Positions 8,562 to 16,691 of a DNA stretch of 47,482 nt are shown here, one piece after another. The notes beneath the pieces are model-generated. The model ran no database searches. It was not told the DNA's origin and was given only the letters and a program-made list of their open reading frames with translations. The translations under genes were made by a program, and so were the position numbers. The DNA comes from Armatimonadota bacterium. Lineage in GTDB: Bacteria > Armatimonadota > Zipacnadia > Zipacnadales > UBA5352. Every line of letters begins with the position of its first letter. The stretch's first letter is position 1. The stretch covers positions 1-47,482 of the forward strand of contig JBKHFA010000002.1 in the NCBI GenBank assembly GCA_046540615.1. Reading direction: 5' to 3'.

Positions 8562-9815
8562 TTACGACTCGGCCGAGCGTCGTGCCTCCTCCATCGCTAT
8601 CCGCGCGTAGCGATCGAAGCGATCAGGCTCATTGTTGCAGGTGTGCGTCGTGCGCATCACGATCTCAATCCGGCAGCCGTGCTCGGCCGCGATCTCAAGC
8701 GTCGCGCGGATCTCCGCCCGAAGGCCCTCCTCGTCGAAACTCACAGCCGCAAGGTGCGCGGGATTCGGCTTCCACGAGAAGATTACATCAGCCCCAAGCG
8801 CCTCGGCGCTGCGCCACACGTCGGCCCACGGACTGATCGACACTCGACGCAGCCGCGGGATGCGCGCCAGCAAGAAGCTGAGGTGCCGGTCCAGCGGCTC
8901 GCAGCAGCCGTAGCAGTTGAGCCCGAACTTTTCGAGCAGCGGAAGCTGGTAGGGAAGCACAAACTCCTCATGCATGGCGGGGGAGACCGACGCCATCGGC
9001 TGCGCTTCGCAAAAGCCCCAGATATCCTTCAGTCGCACATGGCCATCGAAGTCGTCCCGCGGCAACTCGTCTGAGTAGCCGAAGCAACCCGAGCCGACGT
9101 AGTCGTTCCCGTTGTTCAGCGACAGTACGCCCAGTTTCTCAAGGCGCTCGACGAACGCGAGCTTTCCCTGCATCAGCCGCGCGAGGCCCGCGTGGACAAA
9201 TTCCGGGTCCCCGGCCATGTCCATCAGCGTCTCTGTGAGCCCTCGCAGGCGCGTCCACTCGTCGATCAGCCCCAGCGTCCACCAGTACACACCGTGCAGT
9301 CGCACATCGAGGATGTCGCCGAAGAGTTCCTCGTGCCACTCAAGACGGCGCCGACTCTCGTCCGGGTCATGCTCGACGGTCGGGGTCCGGATCTGCTCGA
9401 TGTCATCCCGCGTCTCGATCGGCGCATCCCACGCGTATGAGCCGCGCTCCTCCTCGGAATGACGCATGGTCGGGCCGATCCCCCAGCCGGTGCGGCTGAC
9501 CGCGTAACCGACGTCCCAGCTTGTGTCCACGACCTGGTCGTCGTCAAAATGTTCGTGAGCGTAGATGCGCTTGCGGAGCGCACGCTCGATTTCTCTCGCG
9601 CGCTCCGCCTCGCTCTCGAGTGACGCGGCCGGGATCAGTTCCGCCCACGCGCCATCCGGGCAGACGAAGACTGGCGGCCGGATCGGCCGCAACGCGTTCT
9701 GCGCGTACCACACGGCGCGTCGCCGATCCTGCACCGGGTCCGCCGCGACTTCAGCGACGCGCTTTGCGAGGTCGCGGAGTGTCTTCCGGTCGGCGTCGGT
9801 GATGCCCCACGGCAT
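8562..9815 (-). CDS. URO-D/MtaA-like TIM-barrel family protein (paralog 1), function unknown
   Basis: 417-aa ORF. The C-terminal half (VSPAMHEEFVLPYQLPLLEKFGLNCYGCCEPL...PRLRRVSISPWADVWRSAEALGADVIFSWKPNPAHL) has the block order of uroporphyrinogen-decarboxylase-like methyltransferases. It is clearly homologous to 11176-12411. The family call is by eye only. Confidence 0.55.
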   Translation of the reverse strand: MPWGITDADRKTLRDLAKRVAEVAADPVQDRRRAVWYAQNALRPIRPPVFVCPDGAWAELIPAASLESEAERAREIERALRKRIYAHEHFDDDQVVDTSWDVGYAVSRTGWGIGPTMRHSEEERGSYAWDAPIETRDDIEQIRTPTVEHDPDESRRRLEWHEELFGDILDVRLHGVYWWTLGLIDEWTRLRGLTETLMDMAGDPEFVHAGLARLMQGKLAFVERLEKLGVLSLNNGNDYVGSGCFGYSDELPRDDFDGHVRLKDIWGFCEAQPMASVSPAMHEEFVLPYQLPLLEKFGLNCYGCCEPLDRHLSFLLARIPRLRRVSISPWADVWRSAEALGADVIFSWKPNPAHLAAVSFDEEGLRAEIRATLEIAAEHGCRIEIVMRTTHTCNNEPDRFDRYARIAMEEARRSAES

Positions 9816-9877
9816 CTGGGCGGACCTCCCAGTGATGTCCGCGCTCGGCTGTCCGGACGCGGAGGGCGCGAGCGCCT

Positions 9878-10405
9878 TCAGTGCTCAATTCCCCTGCGAC
9901 ATGGCACGCCCTGCTCGTAGTAGTGCTTGACCTCGCGCATCTCGGTTACGAGGTCGGCGACCTCGATCACGCGCGGATCGGCGCGGCGGCCGGTGATGAC
10001 CAGTTCGACATCGTCGGGTTTCTGCGCAATGACCGCCAGTAGCTCATCCACGCTGAAAAGCTCGAAGTACGTGGCAATGTTCGCCTCGTCGAAGATCACC
10101 ACGTCCCACTCGCCGGACGCAAGCTCCTTCCGAGCCTCCGACAGGCCCGCCCGGGCGGCCTCGACGTCGGCCGGTTCCGGCTCACGCTGGATGAAGCAGT
10201 CGCGGCCGTAGCGCCGCACTTCGATCTCATCGAAGCGTTCCAGCGCGCGCAACTCGGAGTACTCCATGCCCTTGACGAACTGCGCGATGAAGACGCGCAG
10301 GCCCGCGCCGGCGGCTCTCAGCGCCAGTCCGAACGCGGCGGTGGTCTTGCCCTTGCCGTCGCCGGTGTACACCTGCACGTATCCGCGCGTCCAGTCCTTC
10401 TCCAT
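9878..10405 (-). CDS. cobO: cob(I)yrinic acid a,c-diamide (corrinoid) adenosyltransferase
   Basis: GYVQVYTGDGKGKTTAAFGLALRAAGAGLRVFIAQFVKG...WDVVIFDE...VITGR is the CobA/CobO/BtuR signature. ATG 10405 (MEKDWTRGYVQVY) follows GGGAG and lies 5 nt after the upstream stop. The track start 10519 would overlap the upstream gene by 109 nt. Confidence 0.9.
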   Translation of the reverse strand: MEKDWTRGYVQVYTGDGKGKTTAAFGLALRAAGAGLRVFIAQFVKGMEYSELRALERFDEIEVRRYGRDCFIQREPEPADVEAARAGLSEARKELASGEWDVVIFDEANIATYFELFSVDELLAVIAQKPDDVELVITGRRADPRVIEVADLVTEMREVKHYYEQGVPCRRGIEH

Positions 10406-10410
10406 CGCCG

Positions 10411-11151
10411 TCACTCCCTGACCGTGACGTCGGCGTCGCGGCGCAGCGGGTTCGTCCGCGCCTGGAATGAGTAGAGGAAGGGGTAGTTCTCCCTCAGATG
10501 CGTCATGTACTCCAGCCACTCGCGGAGCAGGTGTGAGTACACCCGCTGGATGTCGCCGATCAGATGGTTGATGTCCGACTGCGGGAGTTCACTGAAATCA
10601 CCGCGGGCCGCAAGCTCTTCCTGCAGATGGGTGAGCGCCCAGAGCATCTCAGCGAAATTCTCGTCCTCCAGCAGCGCCGGGTTCTGCAGCAGGCCGAGGA
10701 GGAAGTCGCGATGTTCGGTGAGCAGTTCGCGCAGCTCCTGCATGTCCTCACGACGCGGCCGGACCTTGATGTGCAGGTCGGGGATCGCCTGCTTCGCCTG
10801 CAAAAGGCGCGAGGCGGTCCAGTCCGGGTCGATGGAGAGACACGCGCGGACCTCGGTGTCATCCTCCAGCACGTAGCACATCTGCTCCAGCAGAGGCTGG
10901 CCGAGGGCGCTGAAGAACGTACCGACGACCATCTTCATCTTCTCAAGCAGCGACTGCCGCTCGCGCTCTTTGAGCACTCGGTCGACCACCAGTGAGATGA
11001 CGAGGATCTCGATCGGAATGAACGCGAGGTCGCCGAATCCGTAGATCGCAACATGGTGCAGATCGCCGAAGATCAGGACGTGAATCCAGTGCAGCACGAT
11101 CGTCGCGATGATGAGTCCGCTCGCGACCATGATGAGTTCCTTGCGTGTCAC
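10411..11151 (-). CDS. hypothetical membrane protein (2 N-terminal TM helices plus helical cytoplasmic domain)
   Basis: 246-aa ORF with TM stretches ELIMVASGLIIATIVLHWIHVLIF and LAFIPIEILVISLVVDRV. No motif I recognise. Confidence 0.55.
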   Translation of the reverse strand: MTRKELIMVASGLIIATIVLHWIHVLIFGDLHHVAIYGFGDLAFIPIEILVISLVVDRVLKERERQSLLEKMKMVVGTFFSALGQPLLEQMCYVLEDDTEVRACLSIDPDWTASRLLQAKQAIPDLHIKVRPRREDMQELRELLTEHRDFLLGLLQNPALLEDENFAEMLWALTHLQEELAARGDFSELPQSDINHLIGDIQRVYSHLLREWLEYMTHLRENYPFLYSFQARTNPLRRDADVTVRE

Positions 11152-11175
11152 AGAAGAGTGCCTCCGCTTCTCTTA

Positions 11176-12411
11176 TCAGGCGTACTGGTCGGTGATCTCG
11201 CGCACGATCCGCACCCACTCGCGCAGGCGCCATGGTTCGTGCTCGATGGTTTGCACGTCTTTGAGGGTGATGTCCACGTGGCAGTGCCCTGCGGCCTCCA
11301 TCGCCTCGCGCACGATCCGGCGGATCTTCTCGCGGTCGAAGCCGCAGCACATCACATCGGCGGGGTTCGGGCGCCATGAGAAAACGTAATCTTCGCCGAT
11401 CAACTCCGCCGACTTCGCGACGTCCGCTCTCGGGACGACCGCGATGCGCCGCAGATTCGGAAGTCGGCGCAGCATGTCGATCTTCTGCGTCAGGTCCTCG
11501 CAGCAGCCGTAGGCAACGAGGCCGAAGTGCTCGAGGATCGGCATCTGATACTGAAACATGAACTCATCGTGCATCGGCGGCGAGATCTGCGCGAACTCCT
11601 GTGCCGCGCAGAACGCCCAGAGTTCACTGCGCTTCACCGGGCCGGAGTTGGGCGCCGGGTCGTCGAGTTCCAGCGAGTAAGGTTCGGCCTGGTTCTGATG
11701 GCTCGACAGCGACCAGTCGCCGGCCTCCTCGGCCTCCTCATGCACACGCTGCACGCCCTCGCTCATGTGCGTGAGCAGCCGGTGCAGCCACTGCGGGTTG
11801 TCCACCATGTCCCACATGACCTGCTCGAGGCCGCGCAGGTAGGCGAGGTCGGTGGACAGGTCGGCCCGCCAGACGGTGTACGCCGGGGACCGGTCCACGT
11901 TGACCGTCAGGATATCTCCGACCGCGTCACGAAGGCGCTCCACGTTGCGGGTGGTCGCGTCCTCGTCGATCACATGATGAGGCTCCGCGAGCTTCTCAAT
12001 GTCCTCAGGCTTCTTGAGCGGCGGATCGTACAACCACGCGCCGCCCGGTTCGGCAGGCCGAATGCGGTTGTAAGGCACGCCCCACGGGCCCTCCTCCGGC
12101 ATCTTCACCGAAGCCCGCTGGGTGATCCACGGCTCAATCACGTAGTCGTCGGCGACCCAGTCCTGCACGATCTGCTGGCGCAGGAAGCGCTCGTGGCCCT
12201 GCCAGAAGGGATCGGCGCACTGAAGTTCGGACTGCGGGTGCTCCTGCCAGGCGGCGAACCAGCGCATGTAAATCAGCGGTCGCGTCCGCTCCAGCGAGTT
12301 GTGCCGCCGCCAGAGATTGCGCCGCTCGTCCATGATCGGCTGAGCGGCGATCTCGGCATACTGCTCCGCGAGTTCGCGGATGATCTCAATGTCGCGTTGA
12401 TCCTCGGTCAT
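11176..12411 (-). CDS. URO-D/MtaA-like TIM-barrel family protein (paralog 2), function unknown
   Basis: 411-aa ORF. Blocks shared with 8562-9815: LRGLEQVMWDM / LRGLTETLMDM, ISPPMHDEFMFQYQMPILEHFGLVAYGCCEDL, PNLRRIAVVPRADVAKSAELIGEDYVFSWRPNPA. Confidence 0.55.
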   Translation of the reverse strand: MTEDQRDIEIIRELAEQYAEIAAQPIMDERRNLWRRHNSLERTRPLIYMRWFAAWQEHPQSELQCADPFWQGHERFLRQQIVQDWVADDYVIEPWITQRASVKMPEEGPWGVPYNRIRPAEPGGAWLYDPPLKKPEDIEKLAEPHHVIDEDATTRNVERLRDAVGDILTVNVDRSPAYTVWRADLSTDLAYLRGLEQVMWDMVDNPQWLHRLLTHMSEGVQRVHEEAEEAGDWSLSSHQNQAEPYSLELDDPAPNSGPVKRSELWAFCAAQEFAQISPPMHDEFMFQYQMPILEHFGLVAYGCCEDLTQKIDMLRRLPNLRRIAVVPRADVAKSAELIGEDYVFSWRPNPADVMCCGFDREKIRRIVREAMEAAGHCHVDITLKDVQTIEHEPWRLREWVRIVREITDQYA

Positions 12412-12434
12412 GCCGGCCTCCGGTCGGGCGGGTC

Positions 12435-13421
12435 TCAGGTGACAAATGCGATCGTCGGGGAGCCGTCGAAGTCGATGACAAAGCGCCCGTTGTCACTCGG
12501 ATATTCAAAGACGCCCCCGCGCTGAAAGTCGTTCTCCTGTCCGGTGCGCTTCGTCAGTCGGCCCTCGGGCAGCAGGTAATCATCAGCGTACTTGCCGACG
12601 ACCCGGTCGCGCCGTCCAACCGCGTGACCGGTGGTCTTGACCGCGTAGCCGTCCACGTCGCTCTCCGTGAGGAAGCGTCCATCCACGTCCACTCCCGCTG
12701 CGGTCATCCGCGCGAACTGCTCGATCTTCGGGACCACCGGGCAGGATGCGTCGTCAACACCGTGCGCGATGACGATCTTCAGGCCCGGATTCGCCTCTGC
12801 GAGCAGTCGGCAGTGCTCACTGTCGCCGAAGTCGCGGATGCGCCGCATATCTTCCGTCAGAAAGCAGGGGCTGTCGGGGTCGCGCGAGTACCCCGCGTCG
12901 ATGTGCGTGCCCTCGCCCGTGCCGAAGGCCATCGCGTCGATGAGCCCGGGCATCCCGCAGATGTCCACGCCACAGGCGAAGGTGTGCGGCGCGAGCTTGC
13001 AGACCATCTGCGTCACGTTCCCGCCGCCGGAGCCGCCCATCGAGTATACACGATGCTCGTCGAACACGACGCCCTGGTCGAGCAGTTGGTTGCGCACGTG
13101 GTAGAGCGCGCCGATGCAGTCCATCGCCTGCAGGTAGCCGAAGTCGTAGGCGTGCTGGCGGGTGTCAAGCTTGCCCTCCGCGCCGCTCTGGAGGTAGTTG
13201 ACGCTGATAGTAATGACGTCGTAGCGCTCGGCGAAGGTGCGGCACCAGCCGCGGTAGCGCGGCTCGTCGTAGACGCCGCCCCAGTTGTGCAGGCAGAGCA
13301 TCAGCCCCGTGCCCTCGCCGATCCCGGCCGCCGGCTCATCGATCCACATCTTCACCGCGCGCTCGCCCGGCTCGTGCTCCCACTGCTGCGCGACGAACTG
13401 CTGGTCCTGCGTAAGAAGCAT
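12435..13421 (-). CDS. alpha/beta hydrolase family protein (esterase/peptidase-like)
   Basis: Nucleophile-elbow-like VYSMGGSGGGNV (GxSxG), later HGVDD and GHA. 328 aa. Confidence 0.65.
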   Translation of the reverse strand: MLLTQDQQFVAQQWEHEPGERAVKMWIDEPAAGIGEGTGLMLCLHNWGGVYDEPRYRGWCRTFAERYDVITISVNYLQSGAEGKLDTRQHAYDFGYLQAMDCIGALYHVRNQLLDQGVVFDEHRVYSMGGSGGGNVTQMVCKLAPHTFACGVDICGMPGLIDAMAFGTGEGTHIDAGYSRDPDSPCFLTEDMRRIRDFGDSEHCRLLAEANPGLKIVIAHGVDDASCPVVPKIEQFARMTAAGVDVDGRFLTESDVDGYAVKTTGHAVGRRDRVVGKYADDYLLPEGRLTKRTGQENDFQRGGVFEYPSDNGRFVIDFDGSPTIAFVT

Positions 13422-13565
13422 GATGGCACCTCAACGCGTCTGCATGGGGCGGACGACGGCGTTAAATGCGCCATGCGGAGGTCGGAATCCTTCCGAACAC
13501 CGGTACGGGGCAGGTCTTCATGCGGGTTCAGCGAACTGAGACGCAACACTCCGGAGGTGACCGCA

Positions 13566-16562
13566 ATGTCTCGCTTCTGCATCGTCGCGCTCATGATCGC
13601 ACTGCTCTCAACCCTCGCCGTCGCGCAGGAGGCCGAGGAGGTCCAACTCCTCGCGAACCAGGGCTTCGAGGACGGACTCGACGGCTGGGGCATCTGGCCT
13701 GAGGACACCGGCTCTACGCGAAACGTTGACACCGACGTCGTGTTCGAGGGCGAGGCGTCGCTGCGCGTCGATGCAACGAGCCCCGGCGACCGCGCCTTCG
13801 TGCTGCAGTCCACCGCCGACTTCGAGACCGGGGTGATCTACCGCATTTCGGTGGCGATCCGTAAAGACGCGACCGTCCCGGACAGCGCGGTCGGCTTCCT
13901 GGTCAACTGGCGCGAGGGAGGGGAGAGCAACGCGATCCTGAAGCGCGCTCATCCGATGGACCTGCAGAAGGAGCAGGAGGGGGACTGGGAGCGCTGGTCG
14001 GGGCTCTTCGTCGCGGAGCCTTCTGCCGGTTCGATGCAGGTGCTGCTGCGCGTCGAGTACGCCGTCGGTAGCGTCTGGTTCGACGATCTGACCTTCGAGG
14101 ACCTCGGCCCGCCAGGCGACATCACGCCCGACGTGTGGAGCTACCTGCCCATCGGTGTGGAGATCGGCGCGGAACCGGCGGGGCGCTTCGCCGCGCACAA
14201 GGAGGCGCAGGATGAGGCGTACCAGGCCGCTGCGCGGTACAACGACCTCCTGATGCGCACTGCGCTGCTGGAGGCGCGCCTGCGCGAGCTTGACCGCTGC
14301 ATGACGTACGAGGGCGAGGCACCATCCGAACACCTCCACGGTCGCTTTGAGGCGGTAGACGAGCTTCTCAACACCGCCTACCTCGACTTCGCGGCAGCCT
14401 TCCGCTCAGGCGAGCAGGATGACTGGGATGCGTTCGCAGCATCGGCCGATCGGACAGAGGCGAATGTCGAGCTTGTGTCGCTCGAGGTGAAGCAGCAGTA
14501 CAACCAGATCAGTCCGCCACGGCTGCGCCTGCTGCCTGAGAGCCACGGCGAGCAGCCGCGGGCGATGCCGCCCTTCACCGACGACGGGAGCCGGATGAAC
14601 CGCCTGCTGATCGGCGCATGGAGCCCGACCGGGTGGCGCGAGTTCGAGGAGCCCTTCGACTTCGAGTTTCACTCATCGGCGCCGGGAGCGCCGAAGGTGC
14701 ATACCCCGGACGAACTCGACTTCTCCAACATCACCGAAAAATGCGACAGCCTGGAGGAGATGGGATACGCAGGGACCTTCGCCTACCTTCATTTCGGCAT
14801 TCATGACCTCGCCTATGCGCCGGACTGGTTCATCGAGCAGCATGCGGATGAGCCGGACCTCATCAAGATTTCGCAGGATGGCCTGAGGGGCCGCAGCCGG
14901 GGCAGCGATCACTCGCTCAACTACTACCACCCGGCGGTGCGCGAGTACATTCGAGACTACCTCGGCGCCTACGCGGAGTTCTGCGCCGATGAGCCGCGGG
15001 TGTTCTTCCATGAGATCGCGCAGGAGGCGTACCAGGACTTCTCCACCGAGGGCGGAGCGCGGCGGCAGCCGGGCTTCGGCCCGGCCGCGACGGCCTCATT
15101 CCACGAGTGGCTGGCGGCCGAGTACGACAGCATCGCTGGGCTCAACGAGGCATGGGGGACTGACTACGCTTCGTTTGATGCCATCGAGCAGCCTGATGAC
15201 CGCTACGTGAATCCGGACCGCGAGATCACCCCGCTGGTCGCGGAGTTCGAGCGGTTCATCGAGGACGGGTACCTCGACTATCTGCAGCTTATCTACGAGT
15301 CGCTGAAGGCCGGCGACCCGAACAAGCCGGTCGCGGCAAGGCACAGCGGTCTGCTGACATCGGTCAACGGCGCGCGCGCCTTCGAGCACTGCGACGTGCT
15401 CGGCTACCATCGCCGCGCCCCGCACATGCAGGTGATGAACCTCTACCTCAACACGCTCTCGCGGTACAACGACAACAAGCCGCTGGCCTATCTCGAGGAT
15501 TTCTGGGGGACGCAGCAGGAGTCCGATCGCGTCGGGAACGAGCGCATCCAGCGCCGCGGGCTTGAGAAGCACGTCTCCCGCACCTTCGCGTGGGGGCGCT
15601 CGTTGCAGATGAAGTGGTATGCGTACACCACCGGCAGCTACCTGCACACGTACAACGGGAACTGGTTCAATCCGCGCTACGACGTGCTGACGATGCGCTA
15701 CTGCGCGCCCGCGCTGAAGGTTGCGCTCGATCGCGCGCGCGAACTCGACCACGTGCTGACGCAGTCGCATATTCCGCAGTTCCGCGTCGCGGTCTGGCAG
15801 CCATCCGCGTCAATGCGCGTGCAGGCGCGGCGAGGGCTCTCCGTCAACGAGATCGTGGGCATCCACGGACTCATCTACCCGGCGGGCTTCCCTTACGAGC
15901 TTGTTCCGGAGGAGTACTTCGCCGACGGTCGCGCGGAGATCGACGACTTCGACGTGGTATTCCTGCCGGCGGCGGAGTACCTGGCAGAGGAGCATCAGCG
16001 ACGCCTCATCGACTACGTCCGCGAGGGCGGGACGCTGATCGCGAGTGAGCCGCCGGGCGTGCGCGATGAGCTTGCGCGGCCCTCGGGCCTGCTGCTGCGC
16101 GAGGTCTTCGGCATCCACGAGGTCGCGTTCGACGAGGAGGCGAGGGAGTGGTCGTGGCAGTCGGAGCGCTGCCCGCAGGCGTCGCTTGCCATGGCCGAAG
16201 TGGGAGGGGGCAGCGCGTACATCACGCCGGCGACGCTGATCCACTCGATCGCCGAGGCGCCCGGCACGGATGCGATCGTCGATCTGCTGGCAGAGCGTGT
16301 CAGCCGCGATGCGTGGGCGGAGAACGCGCGCTTCGAAGTCATCACGCGGGTGACCGACGAGGGCGAACGCTACCTCTTCGTGCTCAATCCGAGCGCGGAG
16401 GAGCGCCTCAGTGATCGTGTGATGGTCGCGTGCGATGTCTCAGAGGCAACGGATGTAAGCGTTGAGAGGGGCTTTGCGGTCCCGATCACACCGGAGGGCG
16501 AGTACATGGCCGTCGATCTGACGCTCGGGGCGGGCGAGATGGCGGTCCTGTGGGTGCGGTGA
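13566..16562 (+). CDS. secreted CBM-containing GH42-like glycoside hydrolase
   Basis: GGAGG at 13553-13557 lies 8 nt before ATG 13566. Signal peptide MSRFCIVALMIALLSTLAVAQEA. CBM4/9-like NQGFEDGLDGWGIW...GEASLRV. GH42-type block FHEWLAAEYDSIAGLNEAWGTDYASFDAIEQP. C-terminal trimerisation/GATase-like block FDVVFLPAAEYLAEEHQRRLIDYVREGGTLIAS. The 12624-13565 part of the track ORF is antisense to the hydrolase gene. Confidence 0.6.
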   Translation: MSRFCIVALMIALLSTLAVAQEAEEVQLLANQGFEDGLDGWGIWPEDTGSTRNVDTDVVFEGEASLRVDATSPGDRAFVLQSTADFETGVIYRISVAIRKDATVPDSAVGFLVNWREGGESNAILKRAHPMDLQKEQEGDWERWSGLFVAEPSAGSMQVLLRVEYAVGSVWFDDLTFEDLGPPGDITPDVWSYLPIGVEIGAEPAGRFAAHKEAQDEAYQAAARYNDLLMRTALLEARLRELDRCMTYEGEAPSEHLHGRFEAVDELLNTAYLDFAAAFRSGEQDDWDAFAASADRTEANVELVSLEVKQQYNQISPPRLRLLPESHGEQPRAMPPFTDDGSRMNRLLIGAWSPTGWREFEEPFDFEFHSSAPGAPKVHTPDELDFSNITEKCDSLEEMGYAGTFAYLHFGIHDLAYAPDWFIEQHADEPDLIKISQDGLRGRSRGSDHSLNYYHPAVREYIRDYLGAYAEFCADEPRVFFHEIAQEAYQDFSTEGGARRQPGFGPAATASFHEWLAAEYDSIAGLNEAWGTDYASFDAIEQPDDRYVNPDREITPLVAEFERFIEDGYLDYLQLIYESLKAGDPNKPVAARHSGLLTSVNGARAFEHCDVLGYHRRAPHMQVMNLYLNTLSRYNDNKPLAYLEDFWGTQQESDRVGNERIQRRGLEKHVSRTFAWGRSLQMKWYAYTTGSYLHTYNGNWFNPRYDVLTMRYCAPALKVALDRARELDHVLTQSHIPQFRVAVWQPSASMRVQARRGLSVNEIVGIHGLIYPAGFPYELVPEEYFADGRAEIDDFDVVFLPAAEYLAEEHQRRLIDYVREGGTLIASEPPGVRDELARPSGLLLREVFGIHEVAFDEEAREWSWQSERCPQASLAMAEVGGGSAYITPATLIHSIAEAPGTDAIVDLLAERVSRDAWAENARFEVITRVTDEGERYLFVLNPSAEERLSDRVMVACDVSEATDVSVERGFAVPITPEGEYMAVDLTLGAGEMAVLWVR

Positions 16563-16587
16563 AGGCCGTTTGTCCAGTCGTTTGGAG

Positions 16588-16609
16588 GGGCGGCACTACG
16601 CTGCCGCCC
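16588..16609. terminator. GC hairpin between convergent genes (possible bidirectional terminator)
   Basis: GGGCGGCA-ctacgc-TGCCGCCC, a perfect 8-bp stem, lies 26 nt after the GH42-like stop. It is followed by GGTCTTGTCC, which is only a weak U-tract. Confidence 0.4.
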
Positions 16610-16691
16610 GGTCTTGTCCGGAGGATGCAGGGATGAAACGTGTCGGGATGTCGCGGGCGCGAACGTAGTCACGCCCCTCCAGACGGAACGA

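Noticed and set aside
10406-10519. Longer start for cobO (track ORF 9878-10519)
   Set aside because: It would overlap the upstream membrane-protein gene by 109 nt and add a non-conserved Pro/Arg-rich leader. ATG 10405 with GGGAG upstream gives the canonical CobO N-terminus.
12624-13565. N-terminal 314 codons of the 1312-aa track ORF
   Set aside because: This part is antisense to the well-supported alpha/beta hydrolase gene and has shadow-ORF composition. A GGAGG RBS, ATG 13566 and a classical signal peptide define the real start.
13422-13565. Cobalamin riboswitch or other leader upstream of the corrinoid-related cluster (also checked 12412-12434)
   Set aside because: I could not find a B12-box-like core or the expected multi-stem architecture. 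The 23-nt gap at 12412-12434 is too short. A covariance-model scan would be needed to be certain.
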